DNA of 64,000 bases from Parcubacteria group bacterium Athens0714_12 (lineage in GTDB: Bacteria; Patescibacteriota; Patescibacteriia; UBA2591; VMGY01): contig VMGY01000003.1 of assembly GCA_007378955.1 (NCBI GenBank), forward strand, positions 26,264 through 90,263, given 5' to 3'. The notes under the pieces are model-generated. The model worked only from the letters and a program-made list of their open reading frames with translations, made no database searches and was not told where the DNA came from. Position 1 is the first letter of the stretch; each line of letters begins with the position of its first letter. The translations under genes were made by a program, and so were the position numbers. This document shows positions 19,479-29,883 of the stretch, piece after piece.

Positions 19479-21011
19479 CTACTCTATTTTCTCCCTATAT
19501 TGCAATGCTTCGGCAAGATGCTGAGTTTGGATAAAATCATTTTGCTCTAAATCGGCAATTGTCCGGGCGACTTTTATGGTTTTATAATAAGCCCTGGCTG
19601 ATAAATGAAATTGGTTAATGGCTTGCTTTAAAAGTTTTTCCGAATCATTATTAATAAAACAAAATTCTTTAACCATTTTTGAAGTCATTTCAGAATTATT
19701 AAAAATTTTTAAATTTTTAAAACGTTCTTTTTGCTTTAAAAAAGCTTTTTTCACTCTTTCTCTGATAATTTTAGATGCTTCGGCTAAGCTTTCTTTAGTA
19801 AGGTCTTCAATATTCAAGCGGGCAATTTCCAAATGCAAATCAATTCTGTCCAACAATGGCCCTGATATTCTTTTTCGGTATCTATTGATTTGCCCTAAAT
19901 TGCAAGTGCAATGTTTTATTGAATCGCCATAATAACCGCAAGGGCAAGGGTTTTGCGCCGCGATTAAAGTAAAGCGAGCGGGAAAAGTAAAACTTCCATG
20001 AACGCGGGAAACGGTGATTAATCCATCTTCCAAAGGCTGCCTTAAACTCTCCAAAACATCCCGAGGAAATTCCGGAAATTCATCCAAAAATAAAACTCCT
20101 CGATGAGCCAAGCTTATCTCGCCCGGCCTGGGCGAGCTTCCTCCTCCAACCAAGGAAACGGCCGAACTAGTATGATGAGGAGAGCGAAAAGGCCTTTCTA
20201 AAATTAAAGACTGATTTTTTTTAAGCAATCCGGCGGCGCTATAAATTTTACTTGTGTCTAAAATTTCTTCATAGGCCATCGGCGGTAAAATAGATATCAA
20301 GGCTTTAGAAAGTATGGTTTTGCCGGCGCCGGGAACGCCGCTCATTAATACATTATGCCCTCCGGCGGCGGCGATTTCTAATGCTCTTTTGGCGTGTTCT
20401 TGGCCTTTTATATAAGCCATATCATATTCAAAATCATTTTTTTCTTTTATTGAAATTATGCCTTTGCTAATTTCCGATTCAATAATTCTTACCCCTTTTA
20501 AATAATCAATTAAATCTTTCAAACAATTTAAAGCAAAAACTTCCAAGCCTTTTATTAATCTCACCTCTTCTATATTAGCTTTTGGCAAAAAAACTTTTTT
20601 TATTCCTTTTTGCTTGGCGTAAACCGCCATTGATAAAACGCCTCTCACCGGCCTTAATTCTCCATTTAAGGAAAGTTCTCCCATAAAAATAATTTCTTCT
20701 ATTTTCCAAGAAGAAAATAAATTAATATTTCCGGAAGCGATGAGAATGCCGACGGCGATAGCCAAATCATAACCTGCTCCTTCTTTTTTTAAATCAGCCG
20801 GCGCCAAATTAACTAAAACTCTTTTTTGAGAAGGAAAATTAAGTCCGGAATTTTTAATAGCCGTCCTCACTCTTTCTTTTGACTCTTCTAATGTTTTATC
20901 CGGCAAGCCGACTATATTAAAAGCGGGAAAACCGGAACAGACTTCCGTTTCTATTTCTACCCCCTCCCCTTCCAGGCCATTAAGGCCGCAGGAAAATATT
21001 TTAGATAACAT
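19479..21011 (-). CDS. comM: YifB/ComM-family Mg-chelatase-like AAA+ ATPase
   Basis: Lon-like N-terminus, Walker A GVPGAGKT, arginine-finger region, full-length family match. Confidence 0.85.
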   Translation of the reverse strand: MLSKIFSCGLNGLEGEGVEIETEVCSGFPAFNIVGLPDKTLEESKERVRTAIKNSGLNFPSQKRVLVNLAPADLKKEGAGYDLAIAVGILIASGNINLFSSWKIEEIIFMGELSLNGELRPVRGVLSMAVYAKQKGIKKVFLPKANIEEVRLIKGLEVFALNCLKDLIDYLKGVRIIESEISKGIISIKEKNDFEYDMAYIKGQEHAKRALEIAAAGGHNVLMSGVPGAGKTILSKALISILPPMAYEEILDTSKIYSAAGLLKKNQSLILERPFRSPHHTSSAVSLVGGGSSPRPGEISLAHRGVLFLDEFPEFPRDVLESLRQPLEDGLITVSRVHGSFTFPARFTLIAAQNPCPCGYYGDSIKHCTCNLGQINRYRKRISGPLLDRIDLHLEIARLNIEDLTKESLAEASKIIRERVKKAFLKQKERFKNLKIFNNSEMTSKMVKEFCFINNDSEKLLKQAINQFHLSARAYYKTIKVARTIADLEQNDFIQTQHLAEALQYREKIE

Positions 21012-21034
21012 AAAATTAAATAAAAATTACAATT

Positions 21035-21270
21035 ATCAAACCCCAAATCACAAACAAATACCAAATTCTAATGACCAAAATTCAAAACTGTTTGGAATTT
21101 ACCTGCCCGACTTCGCCTTGACTGATTTTATCCTCTAAATTTTTTAAATTATTATAATTAGCGAAAACTATCAATCCTGTTTATTAGAAACGGCGAAGTC
21201 AAGGCGGGCGGGTAATTTGGGATTTTGAATTTGTTTGATATTTGTAATTTGAAATTTGGGATTTAAAATT
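21035..21270. repeat. about 235-bp inverted-repeat element: AT-rich AAATTCAAA/CCAAAT arms with a GC-rich core hairpin (cccgacttcgccttgac / gtcaaggcgggcggg)
   Basis: Arms 21040-21100 and 21211-21270 are reverse complements; core arms at 21098-21124 and 21191-21216. Confidence 0.5.
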
Positions 21271-21291
21271 TTATTAAATTAATTTAGTCGT

Positions 21292-21711
21292 TTAAATCTT
21301 ATTGTTTCTAAATTTAAATAAATATTTATAAACTATCACTGCAATTCCTACTACGATCATTGCATCAGCCAAATTAAAAACCGTAAAAAAAGGAACATTG
21401 ATATAATCAATCACATAGCCGTAAACCAAGCGGTCCATTAAATTGCTAAAAGCTCCTAAAATAATCAAAGTTAAAGAAAAAATTTGATAAACATTTCTCC
21501 TTTGATAGCTTTTTATTAAAAATAAAATCAAAACAAAAATAATAATGATTATTAAAATAATCAAAATATCTTTAGGAAATGGCAGGCTAAAAGCGAGATA
21601 AGGGTTTTTAAATAAAAAACCACGCCTAGCGTGGTTAAAAAATATTTTTAAAAAACGGTCAAAGAAAAAAAATACAAAAGGAATCAAATTGGCGAAAAAA
21701 ATTTTTTTCAT
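21292..21711 (-). CDS. lspA: lipoprotein signal peptidase (signal peptidase II)
   Basis: GAFSNLMDRLVYGYVIDYINV..FNLADAMIVVG matches LspA motifs. Confidence 0.8.
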   Translation of the reverse strand: MKKIFFANLIPFVFFFFDRFLKIFFNHARRGFLFKNPYLAFSLPFPKDILIILIIIIIFVLILFLIKSYQRRNVYQIFSLTLIILGAFSNLMDRLVYGYVIDYINVPFFTVFNLADAMIVVGIAVIVYKYLFKFRNNKI

Positions 21712-21715
21712 CTAA

Positions 21716-22081
21716 TTAATTATTTTTTTCTTTTTTGCATTTAAGACAAAGAGTGGCTTGAGGAAGAGCTTTTAAGCGGGCCTCTGGAATTATTTGTTTG
21801 CATTTTTTGCAAATTCCATAATTTCCCTGTTTTATCATTTCCAAAGCTTCGCCTACTTCTTTTAAAATTTTTTCCAAATCTCTTTCCAGGGAAAGGCGAT
21901 TTTCATATAATGTAACTTCCTGAGCATTTTCTTCTTCTTTATTCCCAATTTCAAGATATTTCGCCTGATAATCATCTTTAATTTTTTTATTTTTCTGGGC
22001 GATATTGCCCAACTCTTCTTCTAATCGTTTTCTTTCTTGAAGAAGCGAGTTTTTTGCTTCTTCTAAAAATTTTTTATCCAT
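21716..22081 (-). CDS. DksA/TraR-family C4 zinc-finger protein
   Basis: Coiled coil plus CKKCKQIIPEARLKALPQATLCLKC zinc finger. Confidence 0.7.
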   Translation of the reverse strand: MDKKFLEEAKNSLLQERKRLEEELGNIAQKNKKIKDDYQAKYLEIGNKEEENAQEVTLYENRLSLERDLEKILKEVGEALEMIKQGNYGICKKCKQIIPEARLKALPQATLCLKCKKEKNN

Positions 22082-22087
22082 AAATTA

Positions 22088-22138
22088 TTATTTAACTTGC
22101 CCCGTGAAATCCCCTTCGGGGAACTGCGAAGCAGTTAT
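22088..22138 (-). terminator. hairpin terminator downstream of pnp
   Basis: ccccgtgaaatccccttcggggaactgcgaagcag GC stem in an AT-rich context. Confidence 0.45.
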
Positions 22139-22139
22139 T

Positions 22140-24305
22140 TTACTGGGCTTGTTTTAAAGAAAGGCTAATTTTGCCTTGCTCGTCAATTCTTATTACTTTA
22201 ACAGGAATTATCTCGCCCTCTTTAACAATGTCTTCTACCTTTGCCACTCTGTAAGGAGCTAATTCGGAAATATGAACCAATCCTTCTTGCTTCGGCAATA
22301 TTTCCACAAACGCGCCAAAATCCATTATTTTTACAACTCGGCCTTGAAAAATCTCGCCAATTTTCGCTTCTTTAGTTAAATTTTCAACCCATTCCACGGC
22401 TTTATCAATACCCGATGAGCTCAAGGAAGAAATAAAAACTGTTCCGTCTTGCTCTATATCAATAGACGCTACTCCTGTCTTTTCAATAATTTCGTTAATC
22501 ATTTTTCCTCCCGGCCCGATAACATCTCTGATTTTTTCCGGATTAATTTTTAAGGTTATTACCCGCGGAGCGTAAGGCGAAAGTTCCGCCCTTGGCTCGC
22601 CGATCGCTTCACTCATTGCTTCTAAAATTTTTAAACGCGCTTCTTTCGCTTGAAAAATAGTTTTTTCAACAATTTCATCAGTCAAGCCATTTGTTTTAGT
22701 GTCCATTTGTATGGCGGTAATGCCGTCTTTTGTTCCCGCTACCTTAAAATCCATTCCTCCGTTTGAATCTTCAAGGTCTTGCAAATCAGTAAAAATTTTA
22801 TAACTCTTTATTTCTTTGTTTTCTTCAATGGAAGCCAATCCCATGGCAATGCCTGCCACTGGTTTTTTAATCGGTATGCCGGCATCCATTAAAGCCATGC
22901 AAGAAGCGCAAACAGAACCCATTGAACTGGAACCATTGGAACTCAAAACTTCAGAAACTAATCTGATCGTGTAAGGAAATTTATCTTTTTCGGGCAAAAC
23001 AGGGATTAAAGCTTTTTCCGCTAACGCGCCATGGCCGATTTCTCTTCTGCCCGGCCCTCTGACCGGAGCGACTTCTCCGACGCTGAAAGGAGGAAAATTA
23101 TAATGGTGCATAAATCTTTTTTTGCCGCTCTCTTCCATTGTGTCTAAATGCAATTCTTCGCCCGGCGAACCCAAAGTTACCACTGAAAGCACTTGAGTAT
23201 CGCCCCTTTTAAATAAAGCCGAGCCGTGGACGTGAGGCAGAATAGCCACTTCGCAATTAAGCGGCCTGATCTCGTCTAATTTTCTGCCGTCAACCCTTTT
23301 ATCTTTCTCTAAAATCGCTTTACTGATTTCCTCTTCTAATAAAGCTTTAAATATTGTTTGGGCTTTTTCCCTTTTTTCTTTTCCTATCTCTTGCTCCAAT
23401 AATTCATTGTTTAACTTTTCCGCCAATTCTTCTTTTTTATGCTTTCTCCCTAATTTGCTTTTAATCTTATGATTAAACAATCCCTCTTCTAAATTTTTAT
23501 TTAAAAATTCTTTGACTTTGCTTTTTAATTCTTCTTCTTTTTCTTTGTCTTCCGGCGACTTAAGAAAGGAAGGTAAAACTTCCAAATTTTTTTCCTGGCC
23601 GATTTCTTTTTTAATTTCTTCTATCAAAGAAATGACTTTTTCTATATGTTTTTGCCCGAATCTTATCGCTTCCAAAACAACTTCTTCTTTCGCCTCTTTA
23701 GCTCCGGCTTCCAACATTACGACTTTATCTTTTGTTCCCGCGACGACCAAATCTAAATCGCTTTTTTCCCTCGCGCTATAAATGGAATTCAAAATCCACT
23801 CTTCATTAATTCTTCCGACTCTTACCGCTCCTACCGGACCGAACCAAGGAATACCAGAAACAGCCAAAGCGCAAGAAGCGGCAATTAAAGAAACAATGTC
23901 CGGATCATTTTCTTGGTCAAAAGAAAGGACGGTTAAAATAACTTGAACATCATTTCTAATTTCTTCCGGAAATAATGGCCTGATCGCCCGATCAATTAAA
24001 CGAGCGGTCAAGATCGCTTCATCGGTTGCTCTGCCTTCTCTTTTGATAAAACGAGAGCCTTTTATTTTTCCCGCCGCGTATAATCTTTCTTCGTAATCAA
24101 CTAAAAGGGGAAGAAAATCAATTCCTTCCCTTTGTTCTCTGCTTAAAACCACAGTTGCCAAAACTGTTGTTTCGCCGTATTGGACGGTGCAGCTGCTGGT
24201 GGCTAAGCCGGCTAATTTTCCAACTTCAATAATTAAATTTCTTCCTCCTAATTCTCTGACAAATTTCTGAATCGCCATAAATTTTACCTCATCCCTGATC
24301 ATCAA
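22140..24305 (-). CDS. pnp: polyribonucleotide nucleotidyltransferase (PNPase)
   Basis: Two RNase PH domains, KH and S1 domains; full-length. Confidence 0.9.
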   Translation of the reverse strand: MMIRDEVKFMAIQKFVRELGGRNLIIEVGKLAGLATSSCTVQYGETTVLATVVLSREQREGIDFLPLLVDYEERLYAAGKIKGSRFIKREGRATDEAILTARLIDRAIRPLFPEEIRNDVQVILTVLSFDQENDPDIVSLIAASCALAVSGIPWFGPVGAVRVGRINEEWILNSIYSAREKSDLDLVVAGTKDKVVMLEAGAKEAKEEVVLEAIRFGQKHIEKVISLIEEIKKEIGQEKNLEVLPSFLKSPEDKEKEEELKSKVKEFLNKNLEEGLFNHKIKSKLGRKHKKEELAEKLNNELLEQEIGKEKREKAQTIFKALLEEEISKAILEKDKRVDGRKLDEIRPLNCEVAILPHVHGSALFKRGDTQVLSVVTLGSPGEELHLDTMEESGKKRFMHHYNFPPFSVGEVAPVRGPGRREIGHGALAEKALIPVLPEKDKFPYTIRLVSEVLSSNGSSSMGSVCASCMALMDAGIPIKKPVAGIAMGLASIEENKEIKSYKIFTDLQDLEDSNGGMDFKVAGTKDGITAIQMDTKTNGLTDEIVEKTIFQAKEARLKILEAMSEAIGEPRAELSPYAPRVITLKINPEKIRDVIGPGGKMINEIIEKTGVASIDIEQDGTVFISSLSSSGIDKAVEWVENLTKEAKIGEIFQGRVVKIMDFGAFVEILPKQEGLVHISELAPYRVAKVEDIVKEGEIIPVKVIRIDEQGKISLSLKQAQ

Positions 24306-24411
24306 ACTTTAGACTTGTTAATAATCGCGCTAAGCGCAACTAAAGCCTATCTGTCTGACGACCAAAAATTAAAAAATTAAAAAAATAAATAAACTATCTT
24401 TAATCTAAAAT

Positions 24412-24672
24412 CTAAAGTTTTATTTTTTCCAACAATTTATCGTAGCGCTTTTCATTTTCTCTCTCCAAATATTTCAAAAGCCTTCTTCTTTGACCGACTT
24501 TTTTCAACAAACCCTTTCTGGAAGAAAAATCTTTTTTATGAGCTTTTAAATGCTCAGCCAAATCTTTTATTTCCGTAGTTAAAATAGCGATCTGAACTTC
24601 CGGAGAACCCGTGTCGCTTGGATGAATTTTAAATTTTTCAATAATTTTATCTTTTTTCTTTTTTTCTAACAT
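24412..24672 (-). CDS. rpsO: 30S ribosomal protein S15
   Basis: [44 protein letters not shown] uS15 signature. Confidence 0.85.
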   Translation of the reverse strand: MLEKKKKDKIIEKFKIHPSDTGSPEVQIAILTTEIKDLAEHLKAHKKDFSSRKGLLKKVGQRRRLLKYLERENEKRYDKLLEKIKL

Positions 24673-24716
24673 AATATTTCATACCTTAACATATGCTAAA
24701 AATTTAATCAAGTCTT

Positions 24717-26057
24717 TCAAAAAAATAACTTTAAACATTCTTTCAAATTTTTAATTTCTATTATTTCCAGCCCTTGCTTATTTTTAACCCCATTTTTGGG
24801 GATAATGGCTTTTTTAAATCCTAACTTGCTTATTTCTTTTAAACGTCTTTCAGTCTGGGAAACATTTCTTACTCCTCCGTCTAAGCCGACTTCGCCAAAA
24901 GCCACCAATCCGGAATCAATAACTTGATTTTTATAAGCGGAAGCAATGGCTAAGCAAACGGCTAAATCGCAAGCCGGCTCTTCTATTTTTATTCCGCCGA
25001 CAATATTAATCAAAACATCTAAATTACTTAAATTGAGCCCGCAAATTTTAGTCAAAACAGCGATTAATAACTGCAAACGATTAAAATCAAATCCGGCGCT
25101 GCGGCGCTGCGGATAGCCATAAGCTGTCTTGGAGACTAATGCCTGAACCTCAATTAAAAATGGTCTATTGCCCTGCATCACCGCTGTCACCACCGAGCCA
25201 GGCGCGTTTCCTTCCCTTTGCTGCAAAAAAACATGCGACGGATTTTTTATTTCTTTAAGTCCGTCTTCTTTCATTTCAAAAACTCCCACTTCATTCGTCG
25301 AGCCAAACCTATTTTTAATCGTTCTTAAAAGCCTTAATTGGTGATACCTCTCGCCTTCTAAATAAATAACGCAATCAACTAAATGTTCTAAGGTTTTTGG
25401 CCCTGCCACAAAACCTTCTTTAGTCACATGGCCGACGATAAAAATAGAAATTTTATTTTTTTTAGCTACTCCCAAAAGTTTAACCGTGCAAGCGCGAACC
25501 TGATTGACACTGCCCGCTTCCGAAGGCAAACCGGAAAAAAACATCGTCTGAATAGAATCAATAATGGCTATTTGGGGCTTGCATTGTTCAAGAGTGGCGC
25601 AAATAATTTCAATATTGGTCTCGCCTAAAAATTTTAATTCCTTAACTTTTAAATTCAACCTGTCTAAGCGCATTTTAATTTGCTCGGCTGATTCTTCGCC
25701 GGAAACATAAAGAATGGGAAAAGAATTTTTCTCCGTAATTTGCAGAACCAAGGTTGATTTGCCGATGCCCGGTTCGCCGCCTAATAAAACCAAACTTCCG
25801 GGCACAATGCCGCCGCCCAAAACCTGGTCAAATTCTTCTATGCCTGTTTTTAATCTTTCTATATCATTGCCTTGCACTTTCTCAAATTCCACAATTTTTC
25901 CCGCGGCTGCTTCAATTTTTGTCCCTTGAGAATGTTCGCTCGCCATTTGCTTTTCCACTGTCCCCCAAGAACCGCATTCCGGGCACTGCCCGAGCCAACG
26001 AGGAAATTGGGCGTCGCATTTGGAACAAACATAGATTATTCTTGAAAGTTTAACCAT
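24717..26057 (-). CDS. radA: DNA repair protein RadA/Sms
   Basis: CSKCDAQFPRWLGQCPECGSW zinc finger, Walker A GEPGIGKST, Lon-like C-terminus. Confidence 0.9.
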   Translation of the reverse strand: MVKLSRIIYVCSKCDAQFPRWLGQCPECGSWGTVEKQMASEHSQGTKIEAAAGKIVEFEKVQGNDIERLKTGIEEFDQVLGGGIVPGSLVLLGGEPGIGKSTLVLQITEKNSFPILYVSGEESAEQIKMRLDRLNLKVKELKFLGETNIEIICATLEQCKPQIAIIDSIQTMFFSGLPSEAGSVNQVRACTVKLLGVAKKNKISIFIVGHVTKEGFVAGPKTLEHLVDCVIYLEGERYHQLRLLRTIKNRFGSTNEVGVFEMKEDGLKEIKNPSHVFLQQREGNAPGSVVTAVMQGNRPFLIEVQALVSKTAYGYPQRRSAGFDFNRLQLLIAVLTKICGLNLSNLDVLINIVGGIKIEEPACDLAVCLAIASAYKNQVIDSGLVAFGEVGLDGGVRNVSQTERRLKEISKLGFKKAIIPKNGVKNKQGLEIIEIKNLKECLKLFF

Positions 26058-26099
26058 TTTATTATTTAATAATGCAATTCAATCAGATTATTTTTTAAG

Positions 26100-26370
26100 G
26101 ATAAAAAAATGTCTAATTCCTAATTTCTAATGCCAAATTAATGCTCAATGCCAAAATGTCCAATCTTTAATTAATCTTATTCGGTTATTGGTCATTTAAT
26201 CGTTAAGATTTTTTATTAGAAATTAGAAATTTGACATTAGGTATTAAATAACTTTGAATTACGAAATAGGCTGAGTAGGGGGCGCGCTCATATCTTTTTT
26301 GCAGACGCGGCGATTAGTCCGCAGCGCAAAAAAGATATGAGCCCTAAATAATGAATTTCGTAATTCAAAC
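26100..26370. repeat. AT-rich inverted-repeat element (ctaatttctaatgccaaat arms) adjoining a nested GC-rich hairpin (26252-26370)
   Basis: attcctaatttctaatgccaaatt / aattagaaatttgacattaggtat inverted; ctttgaattacgaaat..atttcgtaattcaaac outer stem; gggggcgcgctcatatcttttttgc..gcaaaaaagatatgagccc inner stem. Confidence 0.5.
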
Positions 26371-26389
26371 TAAATAAAAATATTGATTT

Positions 26390-27628
26390 TTATTTGAGTT
26401 GTATCTTATTCAACTGTCCGGTATTTTGGTCGGTAAAATAAAGAAAATCTTCTTCCGCGGAAAGAAATATATCCGAGACATTATATTCGCCAACGCTTGG
26501 TTCGGCTAAAAAAGTTTTTACTCCGCGATCAAGATTTATTTTATAAAAATTATCTCCGCGATCAGCTATTTCCGGCGCTAAGCCGGCGCCTTCCGGCAAA
26601 TATTTAGGCGCGGCGCAATAAATATTTTTATTATCAGAACTAAAAACGCATTTATCCGCCCAGGTCTGCAAATCTAATTCTTTTCTTCCCCGCCCGATAT
26701 TGTCGCCTTCGGCTTCAACCGCCCACAAAGTCGGACGATAACCGGAATCAGCATTCCAAACGCTGTAAATAATTTTATTTCCTTGAGGCGACCACTTGCC
26801 TTCAAAACCCCTGCCTTCCACGACAATTGATTTAAAATTCTCGCCATAAAAACCAATGAAAAGAATTTCCTGTTTGTCAAAACCCATATCCTCGCCGGTA
26901 GCGGAAAAAGCCACAACTTGATTATTGGGCGACCAAGCGACTTGGACTTTTTGAGCGTTTTCCCCCAAAGGCTCGATCATTTTCAAACCAGTGCCGTCAG
27001 CATTAGCTTTAGCCAGCCACCTGTTATTTGGGTCGTCACTGTCAATTTTTAAGCCGATTTCATTGCCTGAAGAAGAAAAAGAAAAATCGTACCAATTTTT
27101 ATTTAAAGTTATTTGCTTGTCTTTTTCAAAATCATACAAAATTTTATTTCCATCCGGATATTCCAAAATCGCCTTATTTTTATCCGGCGACCAATTAATA
27201 TTTTCCACCTGATAAAATTTTCTTTCTGAAAGCAATTCTCGCTTGCCGTCGGCATTGATTTTATAAAATTCGTTCTTGTCTTTATCGTAATAAAAAACTT
27301 CCCCGGTATTTTTATTCAAAATAGGCGATGAGACGACTTCTTTAATCACGGACTTGACTAATGTTTCTCCGCCGGCGGCAATATCAGAAGCAACGGGCAA
27401 AGACGGGGTGATTTCCGGCGATTCGCCTGACGGAGGAACAACGATTATTCCGCCAGTTCCTTCGCCTGCCGGAGGCAAAATTCCGGGCGAGACTATTTCT
27501 TTTCCTGCTTCCGGCAAAGGTTCCTTTGATATCGGCCGAAAAAATAAATAATATAATCCAAAGCCAAAACCGATGGCAATTAAAATAAAAATAATAATTA
27601 AAATGATTTTTTTAAAATCAAAACGCAT
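26390..27628 (-). CDS. membrane-anchored TolB-like beta-propeller protein
   Basis: N-terminal TM; repeated hydrophobic/Gly/Asp-rich blades resembling PD40/WD40-like repeats. Confidence 0.5.
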   Translation of the reverse strand: MRFDFKKIILIIIFILIAIGFGFGLYYLFFRPISKEPLPEAGKEIVSPGILPPAGEGTGGIIVVPPSGESPEITPSLPVASDIAAGGETLVKSVIKEVVSSPILNKNTGEVFYYDKDKNEFYKINADGKRELLSERKFYQVENINWSPDKNKAILEYPDGNKILYDFEKDKQITLNKNWYDFSFSSSGNEIGLKIDSDDPNNRWLAKANADGTGLKMIEPLGENAQKVQVAWSPNNQVVAFSATGEDMGFDKQEILFIGFYGENFKSIVVEGRGFEGKWSPQGNKIIYSVWNADSGYRPTLWAVEAEGDNIGRGRKELDLQTWADKCVFSSDNKNIYCAAPKYLPEGAGLAPEIADRGDNFYKINLDRGVKTFLAEPSVGEYNVSDIFLSAEEDFLYFTDQNTGQLNKIQLK

Positions 27629-27649
27629 AAATTATAACATTATAAAAAA

Positions 27650-28531
27650 TTAATATCCTAAATTTTCTTTGCACATATTATCAGTAGCGAGCGTCCATCC
27701 CACGCCGCAAATATCTCTGCATTCCCCTTTTAAAGGAAGTAAAGTATATTTATATTCAAGTTGAGGAACGCATTCATTGTCAATTAATTGACAACCGGGC
27801 TGAAGTTCGCAAGCATTTATTCCAAAAAACCCGCATCTCTCCAGTTTACTTGACCAAGAAACTAACGCATCGCTGCAGCAGACTATCTTTGAATCAACTG
27901 GCGGTATTTTATTTTCTATTTCATTTCTTGTTAAACCGCACATGCGCAAGACCTCGCATTTATTGCCTGTCCACCAGCAACCCCAATTATATTGCCCTAA
28001 ACATGCTTCTCTGCCTAAAAAACCGCATTCTTGCCCAGTTTTTTTCGACTGGACATATTCTTTTATATAAATACACTTATCATCAACCCATTGGCAACCT
28101 GGTTCAGGCTCGCATTTTTCTTTGCCAAGCAAACTGCATTTATCCTGAATAATGCCTATTTCGGGCAATTTTAATTTTACCAAATTTGGATTAATGATAT
28201 AAAGCAAACCATAAGAACAAAGCGCTAAAATCAAACCAACCACGGCATTGGAAATTGCTTTTCTCGCTTCGCCGATTTGCGAACCGCTGCCCGCGGCAGT
28301 CAGCCACTGCAGACCGCCCCACATAATCATCACCACTGCCACAACACTAATCGCTCCCAAGCCAAAAGTGTACCAAGCCGCGATGTAAGAAGCTAAATCC
28401 TTGCCCGCGCCTTCCTGCCCGGGAATAGGCACCTGCAAATCAATCGCCTTATCTTGCGCTTTAACTATCAGGCAAAAGCCAAAAACCAATAAGCTCGCTA
28501 AAATAATTTTTGAATATCTTTTATTAAACAT
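27650..28531 (-). CDS. secreted membrane protein with VirB2/TrbC-pilin-like N-terminal module and about 170-aa cysteine-rich C-terminal domain
   Basis: Signal peptide, two hydrophobic helices (WYTFGLGAISVVAVVMIMWGG..; VVGLILALCSYGLLYII), then about 26 Cys. Confidence 0.4.
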   Translation of the reverse strand: MFNKRYSKIILASLLVFGFCLIVKAQDKAIDLQVPIPGQEGAGKDLASYIAAWYTFGLGAISVVAVVMIMWGGLQWLTAAGSGSQIGEARKAISNAVVGLILALCSYGLLYIINPNLVKLKLPEIGIIQDKCSLLGKEKCEPEPGCQWVDDKCIYIKEYVQSKKTGQECGFLGREACLGQYNWGCWWTGNKCEVLRMCGLTRNEIENKIPPVDSKIVCCSDALVSWSSKLERCGFFGINACELQPGCQLIDNECVPQLEYKYTLLPLKGECRDICGVGWTLATDNMCKENLGY

Positions 28532-28532
28532 A

Positions 28533-28850
28533 TTAACGCAGTAAATCCCAAAATATTTTTAAAGGCGTCGCGCCAAAAAAATTTAAAAACCCCATTGGAT
28601 CATTTATAATCCAAGCCAATAAAATAATTATAAATAAAAGAATCAGCCAAAACCACCAAGTGACGGCGAAAAAGCCGACGAGAGAACTTAAAATCCAAAA
28701 CCAAATTTTTTTTGAAACAGCTTTTTTTATTTGGTTTGCGGCTTGTTTTTTAGCCGCCTCCCGCGCTTTTTCTTTTAAATCCTGTAATTTTGATTTTTTT
28801 AATTCTCGGCTTGCTTCCAATTCTTGTTCTTGCGTAATTTCATTATCCAT
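28533..28850 (-). CDS. small membrane protein (charged N-terminus, two TM)
   Basis: ORF abutting the pilin-like gene; no family recognised. Confidence 0.45.
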   Translation of the reverse strand: MDNEITQEQELEASRELKKSKLQDLKEKAREAAKKQAANQIKKAVSKKIWFWILSSLVGFFAVTWWFWLILLFIIILLAWIINDPMGFLNFFGATPLKIFWDLLR

Positions 28851-28907
28851 ACCAAAATTATTAAAAATTTAGAACGAAGTGAATAAATTTTTTATTATAA
28901 TTTTGAG

Positions 28908-29022
28908 TATCCCCCACCTATCCTAAAGTAGGGTTCTCAAAAAAGAATAATTAGAGCGGCGAAGCGACTCCGTCTCTGAAACTTACAAAAGAATTAATCA
29001 TACTCTGGGATAGGTGGGGGAT
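28908..29022. repeat. inverted repeat atcccccacctatcc ... ggataggtgggggat enclosing a GC-rich segment
   Basis: Perfect 15-bp arms about 80 bp apart. Confidence 0.4.
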
Positions 29023-29088
29023 TAACGATTTTGTAACTAAATTTTTTTCGGTTATTATTACAACCTCAAAAATTTTAGACAAAATCAG

Positions 29089-29646
29089 TTATTCCCATTT
29101 AATTTCATTTACTTTCCAATCTCCATTTTCTTTCAAAAAGGTTATTTTTGCTTCTTGATAATATATCTTGTTATCCGAAGGGCTGTCTGAACTTTCCTGC
29201 CTTTGGCAATTTACTTTAATGAGCGCTTGATTTGAATTAAAACTTTCTATTTCACTATTTAAAAATTTCGCGGAAAATTTTTCATAAGGCTGTTCAGCGC
29301 TTTGTTTTCGCAAGGCTTGTTTTATAAAATCATCAGCCCATTTTCGCATCGCCTGAGTCATAAACGGCTTCAAATCAATAATATTTTCGTAATTATTTTG
29401 ATTGGAATAATTGCCATAACTTTCGGCAAAGAAAGAAGCCAAGCTTTGCAATTCTAATTTAAGCTTTGTTTCTTCATCCGCGATTGGAATAATAACTTCT
29501 TCTGCTATTTTATTTTCCGCCTCTTGATTGATATTATTTGATTCTTTTTCCGCCGGCGCTAAATTATTTTTATAAATAAAAAAACCGCCAATTAAAAATA
29601 TAATTATTAGTAAAACGACAAATAAAATTTTTAGATTAGTGGGCAT
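29089..29646 (-). CDS. membrane-anchored hypothetical protein (185 aa)
   Basis: N-terminal TM; no family recognised. Confidence 0.45.
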   Translation of the reverse strand: MPTNLKILFVVLLIIIFLIGGFFIYKNNLAPAEKESNNINQEAENKIAEEVIIPIADEETKLKLELQSLASFFAESYGNYSNQNNYENIIDLKPFMTQAMRKWADDFIKQALRKQSAEQPYEKFSAKFLNSEIESFNSNQALIKVNCQRQESSDSPSDNKIYYQEAKITFLKENGDWKVNEIKWE

Positions 29647-29702
29647 AATTAATAAAATTTCTAATATCTAATATCTAAATAAAATGTCAAAATCCTAATG
29701 CC

Positions 29703-29822
29703 GAATAATATGAAGTGTCATTGCGAGCGACTGGAAGGAGCGAGGCAATCCCGAGGGGAAAGCAGTGAGCGGTGGGATTGCCGCGTCGTTCATTCCGCTT
29801 CTCTCCATTCACTCCTCGCAAT
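29703..29822. repeat. GC-rich long hairpin element, GTCATTGCGAG...GCAATCCC family
   Basis: gtcattgcgagcgac..gcaatccc / gggattgccgcg..ctcgcaatgacagcg inverted; about 60% GC in an about 30% GC context; same family as 43983-44208. Confidence 0.55.
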
Positions 29823-29883
29823 GACAGCGCGAAAGAATATCTTTTGTTATTTTGATTTTTAATAATTTATTGAAAATTGATAA

